Positions 1 through 11,952 of a DNA stretch of 64,000 bases are shown here, one piece after another. The notes beneath the pieces are model-generated. The model was not told where the DNA came from, searched no databases, and saw nothing but the letters and a program-made list of their open reading frames with translations. Location: NCBI GenBank assembly GCA_965649765.1, contig OZ287758.1, forward strand, positions 45,198,001-45,262,000. Direction: 5' to 3'. The stretch is from Bispira polyomma. Its lineage: Eukaryota. Positions within the stretch are counted from its first letter, which is position 1, and every line of letters begins with the position of its first letter. A program made the translations under genes and the position numbers.

Positions 1-1
1 T

Positions 2-406
2 GTGTAACATCTCTTCTGCAAGAGTTTCCAGCAGCGGGGAATGAATTGATTGCACGAGGTAATGCAAAACGGTCTTCTTAAAACTGTCTTGTGTGGTAAC
101 ATCAACCCAATTTGTCTTCAGTAAAATCATAGCAATGATAAAGTATTTTTGAACTGTTTCATCAATAACTCCCTCTTTGTAGTCATGACTACATACAAGA
201 CACAGACAGCATGCGTGTAAAGTCATTGTTGGCTGTTGACCATTTGATAACTCTTGAATAAAATCATTATACACAGCATTATCATTTGAAGAAAGAACCA
301 ATTTGAGTTTTTTAACCGTAAACTTTTCAGAAAACATCTGGACATATAACACCTGCTTCTCTTGATATTTTCCGGCATTCCTTGGTCTTGTAATAATTTG
401 CCCCAT
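2..406 (-). CDS. N-terminus of a probable ankyrin-repeat protein, running off the left edge
   Basis: 135 open codons, MGQIITRPRN...DVTTQDSFKKTVLHYLVQSIHSPLLETLAEEMLH. Ankyrin-like D-x4-TVLH motif, aaagtcATGG context, acceptor-like caacag 11 nt upstream. Absent from the ORF track because there is no stop codon in the window. Confidence 0.55.
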   Translation of the reverse strand, partial: MGQIITRPRNAGKYQEKQVLYVQMFSEKFTVKKLKLVLSSNDNAVYNDFIQELSNGQQPTMTLHACCLCLVCSHDYKEGVIDETVQKYFIIAMILLKTNWVDVTTQDSFKKTVLHYLVQSIHSPLLETLAEEMLH

Positions 407-2406
407 GACTTTTGCCTCTGTTGTAAAGGAATTCCTTGGTTATATATTACACTGCTAAAGATATAATTTCAACCACAGGATTTTGAATAATTGGTAATGA
501 CCCTGATTTGACTATATTCACTTCCTAGCAGTGTACACCAAGTATTGTTTACAGAAACAATGTATGTCAATCCTCAGTCGGTGACACCCTGATATGATGA
601 TTGTTTTATTGTCCCTCGGTACTGTATACTAGTTGATCTGCTATTAAAGAACAATAAAATACGGTAGGCCTTCATGAGATGGAAGAGAAGATAAGGAAAC
701 ACTAAGGAAATATATTCACAAGCACCATAAGGTGTGTTTTCACATCCTGTTGTACACATCCACACAATTTACAACCAATGTGGAGTATTGTTATAACATC
801 ATTTTTAAAACATAAAATGTTCACACATTTTACTATTCAAACATATTTAACTTTTTTTATAGGCAACAGATTATCCTATGAAATGTATATTCATTAGAAC
901 TATATCATTTTGTTCCACAATTCCAAACGGTATCTGTGAGGATGTCTCCTTCTCAACATATTTTAGGTCACGAACCTTCTGTGTGTGTATAAAACTAGAT
1001 AGTACATATATATACCTATATAAATGCAAAACATAGGTAGATATATTTATTTTACACTCGCACATTCAAACTTCCTTATATGCAACAATAATGTACATGA
1101 GACAGAAGTATTGAAAATTTAAATCAACTATGTTCTTAGAGATAGAGATTTCCATGACATTATTTAAGAGAGTACTGATTCTGTTATTTTCATATTGTGT
1201 CTTCCCTGTTATGTATATCTTTGTAGTAATGGTAAAGGTAAGCAGGGAACATTAAATTGCTCCAAATACAGTCTATAGTTCGATTACTAGCTATACTAGA
1301 AGTGTGAGTATTAGATGACCAAGTATTTTATGAAGATTTTATTCCACAGGAGAAATACATAGACCAAAGGCAAACTATCATGTGCGCCCATGGAGGGCTC
1401 TCAAAGATGGAAGTTGGAAAAAGGGAGATGCAATCCAAATACATATAAGATAATAAAATATAGTTTGGGCAATTTATTTTATACTTTAAACATATTTAAA
1501 CATATAACATAAATTGTTAAATTCTAACAACAAATGTTGATTCTAATATATAGCAACATATAACAAAGTTAGAAACACTAACATATAAAGCCATCTAATT
1601 ATGATTAGAGTCCAGATCAAAATTGTAGTAGAGAATAAAAGGGGCTGACCCCAAAAGTATACATCACACTTAATTAAAATCGTTCAAAATAATTCAGGTT
1701 TGGGTGGGTGGGAATTATTTTTACATCAGCATTGGTACTTATTTTAAACTGTTTTGATACCACAAATATGTGGGTTTATTTCGAGACCACCGTCTGGCCC
1801 CCCAAAACCTTGAGTTAAAAAGTTGAACTTTACTCTGAACTATGTGTGCTAAAATTCCTAACCAAAACTTGCCCACACAACCTGATCACTTCCAACAGAA
1901 TTAGTAGAAATACATCAGACGGCCATGTGCCAAACATGTGCCAACACACCAGCCAGTTAATGATTTATATACAGTGAACTGAGATGAGAGTTACTAAAGA
2001 TCACACCACACCATCATGTTATTATGTGTATACATAGAAATGTGTATACATTAGTGGACTATTATCCACTAACACATAATATAAGAACAGGCCATGCCTA
2101 CATATCAACAGAGCTATACTAAAATACACACATGAAATTTTACTGTAACCTGGAGGCTCCCTATCTCACCCGACTGAACCTGATTGTAAACACTCATGCC
2201 AAAGGGGGCATATTTTAAAACTTTGTTAATTTTTCATTGTATCACAAGATCTTGTTCTTAAAAGGGTATATATGTGTGAGATAAGGCTACAAAAATATAT
2301 GTCCTGTAGATCTGAACGCCATAACTTTGAGACATTTGGCCACTGACAAGTCCTAAAGTTCTCTACATTACTCTTTTGAAGTGGGGAGGTCTACCATAAC
2401 TGTCAT

Positions 2407-4212
2407 TTAACAACAGCTCAGATAATGGTTTTGGAACATTAAGGTGGCCCTGGAAAGGGCCGATTGGTTTTGATGTGTACACTCCACTGGTCTGTCAGGT
2501 TCGGCAGGGGTGGTGTTGAGGTTGAAGAGCTTGTTGTAATAGCTAAGGAGGCTGTGTTGGCTGAGTAGGAGGATGTTCATAATGTAAAGGTTTGTCATGC
2601 TCTGGTGGCTTATATCCCCTGGGCCTATGTCTATATTTCTGACCATTGATGAGACTATGGAATTGTTTAAAATGTCTGAGTCGACTTACCCAGGGTTGTC
2701 TATTGCTAGAATTGTTCCAGTGATACCAGATATACTAGCTACACTTCCACTTAATTGGTGAAGAGGCTATGACATCTGTGGTCTGGATTGTGGTTTGTTG
2801 ATGTAGTGCATATACTGTTGTTGCTGCTGTTGCTGCTGTTGGACAAAAGCAGGTGGGTCCATGCCATAGAATGTACTTGGCTGTTATTGAAATTGTAAAT
2901 AATGTTCTGGTTGTTGCTGGAAATGCATGAATCCAGCCCATGTTGTGCCCATTACTGTAAGTTGCTAACCATGTTGAAGGCCTCTTTTCAAAAAGTTTAT
3001 CAGTCTATAAGGACAGCCAGTTAATGAAGGCGGCTCTTGGTCCCTCAGGCTTCAACTGTAAGGACTCCTCCATCCAGCACGGTCTTTATCTGCCTCTTCC
3101 TCTGCTTCCTTGAAAGGACCGCCAACTCGGCGTCACCAGTTGAATCATATCCCTCTTTATCTTGGGTGTCTGCTGTGTCTTGCAGGGTAATAAACTGAGA
3201 TAACTGGGTCTCCTGTACATGGTCACAGTCTCCCCAGGTCTGTTAACATTAAACTATTCTCCTCTTGATCATAAGTCGCCATCTTCTTCTTCCTTCCCCT
3301 CTTCTTGGGTGGCATATTAAATGAACAAAATGTACTATGTAAAACTTTTAACATTCAACTCACAACAGAAAAAGCAAAGACCTAAACTAATAATATATAT
3401 TCGATGAAAATTTCCAGTTGCTGATGTGTACTGATGTGCGCTGCTAAAAACTAAATGTGGTAAATAGTACTGTCACGGCATCTTTTTGTATGTTTCTGGT
3501 CCCCTGATTTGACATGTCAGCCAATAAAAATACGCTCCCGAGTTATCGTTGTTAGCCCCAAGTTGTCTTCTGTGTTTCCCGAGTTATTCTTACACTCGGC
3601 CGTGGCTTTCGATTTGTCGAAAGTCTCACCTGAGTTATCCTTACAATGGGAATTTGTTTCCGAGCTGTCGGAAGCCATGCTCGAGTTCTTTTTAAACTCA
3701 AAAAGGTTATCCTTAGCACATGATAGGATAAGTCGGGGCCAATAGCCGATAAGTCGGTGGCTTCCTGATCTATCTTTAGAGATGGGGCAATAACTCGTAA
3801 TGGTTTTCTTTAAAATTGCTCTCAATTTGGGTCCTGCTTTGCATTACCTTGTGCATTCAATTCATTCTCTGGTGCTGCAAACTCTTGTACACAGGAATAT
3901 TGATATTAACACCAGGGACTGTGGCGGAGCAAAAACATTACACACAAGTAACGTCCATAAAATGAGACCTCTACATGGAACAAATTTTGGGACACAATTC
4001 TGATCAAGAATGGTGCACATGTCAATTTTAGACAGACACAAACAAGCTACCCATTGAGAAAATCAAAACAGTGAGTTATTTTGAAGACCGTTATCAGCTA
4101 CTACTGATCTACTTAAAGGGGGCCTAAATCTAGCTTGTCTCGCCGGATAGTCAAAGCTATCAAAGCCATAATCTAAAACTGGTTATAGCTTTAGCTGAAG
4201 GTTGTGGCAACC
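2407..4212 (-). mobile_element. Degenerate DNA-transposon-like relic (possibly Harbinger accessory gene plus subterminal region)
   Basis: Broken minus-strand frame starting MPPKKRGRKKK (~3316) with a Gln-rich tail, followed by a region rich in repeated GTTATC/GATAA motifs; no paired TIR found. Confidence 0.3.
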
Positions 4213-6853
4213 TTAAAATCAAAGAAAACCAAATACATGTGATGGATCACAGAAAAATAGATAGAAGACTGGACGTTTCTGAGCTGAGTGGTAAGGGACA
4301 GTGAAAAGACTTCCAGCCAGTGTAATCAGAGCATTACTGTTTCCTAATGCTGTGTTGGGTGAGGAATACGTTCTAGGAATCCCTCGAATTTCGAAAGACT
4401 ACATTTCAATGACAGGTACTGTACATATCTTGGTTTGCATCTGCTATAAATTAGTAAGAAAATTTAAAGTTTCATCACATAATACAAAATTTGTTAGTAA
4501 ATATCACTACATTCATCTGATTTTCTTACAATCAAGCCAAAATACGTTCAATATAAATTGATATGATTGGGAATAAGGATTTCAACATTTGAAATATTGA
4601 TTTGTTGAATTCTAGTCCGTGATAAGTCGACTTTGCAATGTCCATGGACTTAATGATTGGACCAATGATTCTGCTGTTGCGATTTAGATGATGCTAGCAT
4701 CAATAAAGCGCGTTAAAAATTTATAATAATAATAATAGTCCGTGGTCCATACAGGTGACCTCGATAAAGTGTCATGTTGTTGTCATTGCACTTAATTTCG
4801 TTTCAGTTGCATTAATTAACTTAAGAGAAAAATTAAGTATATTGTAATGGTTTATGTGTGCATTTGACATTATAATAAAAAATCTGCGGATAAAAGATAT
4901 TTTGATTTACTAATACCATGTTTAACATCCTATAGTGTTACATTTTTCTATTATTATGGATATATATTATCCTTTGTATGAAGCGATATTTTACCCTGAC
5001 AAAGGAAAAAACTTGAAGACCACATACAGGAATTGATATTATATTGTTTTTTTTTTGTATTTTAGCATGCCTTATTAATGCGAGACATCTTCTTAAGTGC
5101 AACAACAGAAACAGTTAACCAATCAAGAAGTCCGAGAAACACCGTCAAAGTTTAACAAAAGTAGGCAATCTGGAAAATTGAGACTTAGTTGGTGACTCCT
5201 AACTCAATCAAATGTTATTCGAATTAGTAAACTACACTTTATGCAACAAAAGTTGTAGGTAAAAAAATTAGAATACCTAAATATAAATATAGTGAATACT
5301 TATATAAAATTTGCAACAGAAGCTGTAAAATCGAAAAGATGTTAACATTTCGGACACGGCGAATATTGACACTGATCAAACTAATATATTCTAATTTATT
5401 CAATTCTGTAATGGCGCCTAATCTATGTACTAGGCGATCTTAAGGCACAACAACCAAAATCAATGGTCATAAATTGTTTTGTGGTAGACAGTGTTGTTGC
5501 CAGAGAGGAAGTCGGAGATATTAAGACCATGTCATGTGGGATAAGCTTTTTGATAGACATAAGTCATAAGCTTGCTTCTGAAGGTTGCAAGAAAAGGTGA
5601 GCACCCAGTATCTTGTGGGAGGTCATTACATAACTTGGATGCAGCATATGAGGAACTATGATTGAAACATTTGATTTGTTTAGGCGGGGATCAAAGGTAA
5701 GGAGTGAGATATGAGCTGAGGTATTTTGTGCGGCTTGTATGAAAACACTTTTGGACCAATGTAGCAGTTTTAACCATGCATTAAAGCGAGACATGTCCTT
5801 GGCAGACAATATGCTTAGCAATAGTTACAGTAGTCAATGCGACTGCTAACACGTACATTTGTCAATAGCACAGCTGTGTCCTGTGACAAAAAGTGTTTCA
5901 CTTGTTTTGGATCTAATATACCTGATAATAAATTTCTATAAAAGTTCAGTGAAGATATAATACATTAAACTTCTATTATCTGATTTATTTACACTACAAT
6001 AACTCTTCTATTTCATAAGGTCTCTATTATGCACACCGATTGGCAATCTCCGAATGGCTGTACTTTAAAAGGTTTTCCTTTTTATTTATTGGGATGAATG
6101 TAAAACATAGGTGTCATTGATATTGTTTTGTTTTCCACAATGAGTCCATATTAATATCATATAAACTATTCATATGTGAAACTTTTTGGGAAAACCCGAA
6201 GGCTCTGATGTACCTATATGGGAATAAAAGTCTCAAAGAATATGTGCATTATTCTGAAAAGAAAAAATAATAAATTACTTATTTTATTCAATATTCACAA
6301 CAATATTTCCCGAATCACAAATACTAACTACCCATATTCCAATATTTTCACCACATGCATCAATTCAGTATTAACATATGCCAGCAGGTAAGACAAGGGT
6401 AACCCAAAATTATAGAAGACTCCATAATAAATGTAAGGAAAAAAATATATGGCTAACATACAAATCACCAAAAAATAGCTACACAAACGCAATGTGAAAT
6501 ACTGTGGATAATATGAAAGAGACAACATGTAACCACCTTATGCATAGCTGTAGCAAATGTGAACGCCTCTGAGAAACACCTACATAAAGTTAGTCTTGAC
6601 AATATTTGAAGATCAACATCACCCCATATCCCAAATGTCATATTGATGTCTTGCCATTGTACTTTGTACCCATACTCCATCCAATAAATTATAAACTGAT
6701 ACAGTTGTTATGTGAATTGATGTAGTAAAAGAAAATGCCTTTGCTGTTCAATGCAGACTATTATTTCATAAAAAAAGGTTTATCAATACCAAATTATGTG
6801 TAACAGTATGCCACAAATTCGCCAACAGAAACACAAAGTTATATGCACAACAA

Positions 6854-6943
6854 GCAATTGTAACCCAGTTCAACCTGTGTATTGGTTACAAAAAGTACAG
6901 GCAATTGTAACGGAGCTCAACCTGTGTATTGGTTATAAAAAGT
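6854..6943. repeat. 47-bp direct tandem duplication in the inverted-repeat spacer
   Basis: gcaattgtaac..tcaacctgtgtattggtta.aaaaagt present twice. Confidence 0.85.
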
Positions 6944-7789
6944 GTAAAAAAAAAAAGACATCAATATGACATTTGGGATATGGGGTGATGTTGATCTTCA
7001 AATATTGTCAAGACTAACTTTAAGTAGGTGTTTCTCAGAGGCGTTCACATTTGCTACAGCTATGCATAAGGTGGTTACCTTTTGTCTCTTTCATATTATC
7101 CACAGTATTTCACATTGCGTTTGTGTAGCTATTTTTTTGGTGAATTGTATGTTAGCCATATATTTTTTTTCCTTACATTTATTATCTAGTCTTCTATAAT
7201 TTTGGGTTACCCTTGTCTGGCATATGTTAATACTGAATTGATGCATGTGGTGAAAATATTGGAATATGGGTAGTTAGTATTTGTGATTCTGGAAATATTG
7301 TTGTGAATATTGAATAAAATAAGTAATTTATTATTTTTTCTTTTCAGAATAATGCACATTTTCTTTGAGACTTTTATGCGCATATAGGTACATCAGAGCT
7401 TTCGGGTTTTCCAAAAAGTTTCACATATGAATAGTTTATATGATATTAATATGGACTCATTGTGGAAAACAAAACAATATCAATGACACCTATCTTTTAC
7501 ATTCATCCCAATAAATAAAAAGGAAAATCTTTTAAAGTACAGTCATTTGGAGATTGCCAATCGGTGTGCATAATAGAGACCTTATGGAATAGAAGAGTTA
7601 TTGTAGTGTAAATAAATCAGATAATAGAAGTTTAATGTATTATATCTTCACTGAACTTTTATAGAAATTTATTATCAGGTTTATTAGATCCAAAACAAGT
7701 GAAACACTTTTTGTCACAGGACACAGCTGTGCTATTGACAAATGTACGTGTTAGCAGTCGCATTGACTATTGTAACTATTGCTAAGCAT

Positions 7790-8151
7790 ATTGTCTGCCA
7801 AGGACATGTCTCGCCTTCAAGCAATACAGAATTATACAGTATTCCCAAATGCCTCCTGTTCTCAAGATTTACTCTGCCTTCCTGGTAAATTTTAATGTAT
7901 GGTTAAAACTGCTACATTGGTCCAAAAGTGTTTCCATACAAGCCTCACAAAATACCTCAGCCCATATCTCACTCCTTACCTTTGATCGCCGCCTACACGA
8001 ATCAAATGTCAAATGTTTCAATCATAGTTCCTCATATGCTGCATCCAAGTTATGTAATGACCTCCCACAAGATACTAGGTGTTCACCTTTTCTTTCAACC
8101 TTCAGAAGCAAGCTCATGACTAATCTCTATCAAAAAGCTTATCCCACATGA
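7790..8151 (+). mobile_element. L2/CR1-type LINE ORF2 C-terminal relic (inverted copy at ~5530-5820)
   Basis: MSRLQAIQN and SYAASKLCNDLPQDTRCSPFLSTFRSKLMTNLYQKAY resemble the LQ.VQN and FS.AAP.LWN.LP..IR....L..FK..LKT.LF motifs of L2/CR1 ORF2. Confidence 0.65.
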
Positions 8152-10405
8152 CATGGTCTTACCATCTCCGACTTCCTCTCTGGCTCTGGTTGTCCTGGCT
8201 TATTTACCTTACAAGGGGGACTGGTGTAATAGCCAATGAGTAAATGCAAAGTTTTACCGAGGCTTTCAGCCATTCAGCATCGCTGACACAGCAGTGCCAT
8301 GTTTGAACGGTTGTTTTATGTGATATATGGTGTAAAATTACATCACTCACATACATGAAGAAATATTGAAAAGACCAAGGCTTGAACTGCAAAGCTTTAT
8401 TTGTACAGCGGTAATAATTATCACAGTACCACAGAGACGAAAGACACACAGTACACCATTATAACTAATGTACTACAGTATACTATCTAATGAATAAATA
8501 ACGCTAGCAGCAGAAGTTACACAGACTAACAAAGTGACCTAATTGTAACCATCTTACTGGCTTCATAATTAAAACAAATATGCCATGATTTACCTCTACA
8601 GAAGTGCACAGAAAAGTAAATATTTAAAAAAAAAAAATTAAGCACATATTCTTTTCCATTTTCAAAGTACAGTAAAATGTGCCCAAAATCTATTAGTATA
8701 ATTTTAAATATCTACAAAAATATGGTAAGAGACTTCAGAAATGAAACTGATGCCTAAATTACACAGTGCAACTTAATGGAGGTAAAACAAGACTATATAC
8801 AGAAACTCTGTACCATCCACAGGTTTAATCCTGGAAAAGTACTTCATGGTATGATATAGTACTACACACGTCTGTTTTCATAAGAAGACAGTACTAATAT
8901 GTATAAAGTGTCATTTCTCAACTCTGGTTTGCTTGTGTATTATATTGATGGCAATAATTCTTGTATTTTTACACAGGGATGGAAAAAACTGGTATTTGTC
9001 AAAACTGATAAATTGAAGCAATTACAAAATTGTATTAAAAACGAGGGTCATTTAAGCATGCAATAAATGATTTTATACCACGGTTTACACATCAAGAACC
9101 CTAGAATTCTGTCATCCACCCATTACAAGCTATCATAAAGGGAGTACACTGATGGTATAAAATATTTACTTCCATACAATGACACCTGAATGTTTTTAAA
9201 TGCTTATACAGATTATTACTTATTATCAGAGTGCAATCTCCAGCAGATATGTATGTTTAATTTATACCTCACTGACCCAACAGGCATGTGTACCATGTAA
9301 TTTATCTGCATTATTTCTCTGCCAAGACAACAAACTGCCAGAATTGAAAGTCCTTTAGTCCTTACTAAGTGCTCCTAATTTGCTCCAAGTCACTAAACCG
9401 TGATGCAGAAATACATGGCACTTAAATTAGTAACAAGCATTATAGGCCTCATAAGTGGTTGCTTTAGGCCCCTGTGCTACAGTAAATTACACACCATTTC
9501 CAATAAAGGGCTTCAAAGATAAAGCACATGTCACATCCAGCTGAGTAAGGTTCATTATTCATACTTGTGCAACCATAATTATGAGAAAATCGAAACTGCT
9601 GGCATGATACTTTTAATAGACCGTGTTAACATACTATTTGAAAAAATTGGTTTTTTTAAAACTCAAAATTGGTATATCTGTCTACTCAGAGAGCAGATTT
9701 AAACTGCCTTTCGGTTCAATTATTTGTTTATTAATGTTAGTGTTTTTTGTCTCTGGGATAATTAAAAAAGGCCGATATATGATTTAAAAAAGGTATTATC
9801 ATTAATAGTATGTCAAGATAGTACATGTCAACAGTCAAGTACAGCACAAAAGTATGAACTAGCCCACAATGCAACTGAAGTGCATATTTACGTCATAGCA
9901 TGGTGGTGTTGACATGTGCGAAAAACAATGCAAACCTACGAAACCGACTCGCTCTTATTCAGCGGTCAAATGGCTAACATGTTTTTTAAGGCCCACTAAG
10001 TCGTAGAAAGTTAACATACTCGTGTCTGGCATTGTAATTTAGCAAAAGAGTTAAATTTGGTACAAAAACAAAAACAACAGCATGCTGTAGCTTTACTGGT
10101 GATCTTTCAGACACAATTTCACTTTCAATTTATAAATCTAAAAAAAAATATTTTGACTAAATTTTAGATCAGAAACATAACTGTAAGTATCAACTTTTGT
10201 GCCAAAATTAAGACACCCTGTGTCAAATTACAACGCTATGCACTAAGCTTAAAGGTTCTGACTCTAACTAAACAATGAATATGTATAATGATCCCAAAAT
10301 ATACCAGAAACTTAAACTTATGCAACCTCTAACATATATAATTTTTATATATATCCTGGATCAGACAAAGTAGGTTTATGTCGATTGGTAGTATTACTAT
10401 AAATG

Positions 10406-10534
10406 CAGTGGAATACTCTATTATCCAAACTTCTGTTATCGACATATTCAATTTCATGAACTGGTGTTTTTGAACCTTCTTTATCCAAACAAACTGTAAC
10501 TATCCCTTTTGTTCGAATGATAAAGATTCTACTC
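10406..10534. mobile_element. Degenerate Tc1/mariner-pogo-type MITE
   Basis: Imperfect TIRs CAGTGGAATACTCTATTATCCAAAC / GTTCGAATGATAAAGATTCTACTC. Confidence 0.35.
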
Positions 10535-11210
10535 TAGTACATCCACAGTACCTTCTACTGGGTCTGGAATTATAGCTGGGGCTGCAAACTTCAACATACT
10601 GGCATCATATTTGAGGCTTCATAGTCAAACAAATAATACCTTCACCGAAACAATGAATTATCATTTCCCTAAATACCAACATGCACAAATATACTAATAC
10701 AACACATGGAGGTCTTCCATTAATGGTATTTATAGTCATTTACCAAAAATAAGAACTTGGAACATGCAATGCGAGGAATTTGAGGCCCTTATTTTCCATA
10801 CATTTTTTGACGTTTTTATTGTTTTTATTAAAATTGACAAAGGCGTGTTATTATTTTCAGTAGATGACTGTAATCAGACATTTTTATTTATTGCATTTTT
10901 GTCAGTTCTGTTTTGATTTATTGAAAATTTGATTTGCATACATTAAGAGTGAAAGGCACAGAAAGAGTCAACAGTAATCATACTGTCAACTAATTTTAAA
11001 GCAGCCACCAAAGAGTATCAATTTTAAAGGTAAATCTTTAAAGTTTTTGTTGAGCAAAAGTGATTATTTAACAAATAACAAACAAAACACATTTACGTCA
11101 TACAAATCAGACATTTAACTGAACATTTACAGCATCATAAACAATCCAGCAGCTTAAGGATCATAAGTATACTTTAATGTGTGGGGTCATGATATTCACA
11201 GGATTGGCTT

Positions 11211-11216
11211 TTTATT
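11211..11216 (-). promoter_or_regulatory. Candidate polyadenylation signal AATAAA of the mucin-like gene
   Basis: AATAAA ~600 nt downstream of the stop codon; the hexamer is common in AT-rich DNA. Confidence 0.25.
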
Positions 11217-11805
11217 TGTTATTCTTATTGACTGTTATACCTTCACTTATACCCAAAATAAATTAATTGTAGTTAAAACTTCAAATTGGTTGTAATTATA
11301 CACAAATTTAACATAAATTGGTCCTACTAACAGAAGTCTGATGTACTCTAGTGTATAATTAAAAAACTTAACTCAGACTTAAATATTGGGTCTCCCTGTC
11401 TATGTATTATAGACATATAATAATATTTAAATTCTGACATCCTTATTAAAATGAATAGTTACAAACAAAGGAAATTTCCATATAACAGGAGGGACACGTA
11501 TGAGCTTCACTTGAGTGTGAGATTGAAATTGAATGTCTTTTGTGAATATGCGCCCTGTACAAGAGACCACTTGTAAGTTATAAGTCGACTTTCTAGATAG
11601 GTTTGGCTGTTGAAAAACTATTTTGGAGTAGTTGTTCATCTGTGTTTTTGCAATGAGCTAGTTCATTCGATTGTCTCTTTATCAATTCACTACAGCTGTT
11701 TGTGGCTTGTTTATGGCACGTGAAGACAGAGTCCATTCCATATCGAGGTCAAGTTCCATATGTATCCTACATTTAATTTGTTTACTTATTCCCACTAAGG
11801 GGTCA

Positions 11806-11952
11806 CTACGGCACACAGACAAAGGCGTAGACATCGCCCAACTCTACCATTCCGCTGGTGACAGTCACAGTGATTTCACTTACACCCGCTTCACCCCCTG
11901 TAGGAATGGTGAGCTGCTTAGGCTGGACTGTAGTTGTGTCAGTAGTGGAAAA
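11806..11952 (-). CDS. Last coding exon: D part 3 (FSTTD...GVSEITV...YAFVCVP*)
   Basis: atttcag|TTT TCC ... CCG TAG TGA; paralogous to the second-half exons (VSEL/VSEI, terminal Cys-Val). Confidence 0.78.
   Translation of the reverse strand, partial: FSTTDTTTVQPKQLTIPTGGEAGVSEITVTVTSGMVELGDVYAFVCVP

Larger units (their letters stand above)
5499..8184. repeat. Long inverted repeat: arms 5499-6652 and 6955-8184, ~300 bp spacer
   Basis: Arms are reverse complements over their length; mirrored ORFs 6465-6680(-)/6966-7199(+) and 5564-5821(-)/7849-8151(+). Confidence 0.93.

Noticed and set aside
9850-9980. Promoter-like cluster (CCCACAATGCA ZNF143-like, TTACGTCA CRE-like) and a possible minus-strand first-exon donor
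   Set aside because: Short motifs only, in a stretch that could equally be a decayed DNA transposon; no TSS evidence.
11806-11830. C-terminal CVP as a prenylation or GPI signal
   Set aside because: Cys is third from the end (not CaaX) and is the conserved domain-closing Cys; the tail is not a hydrophobic GPI signal.
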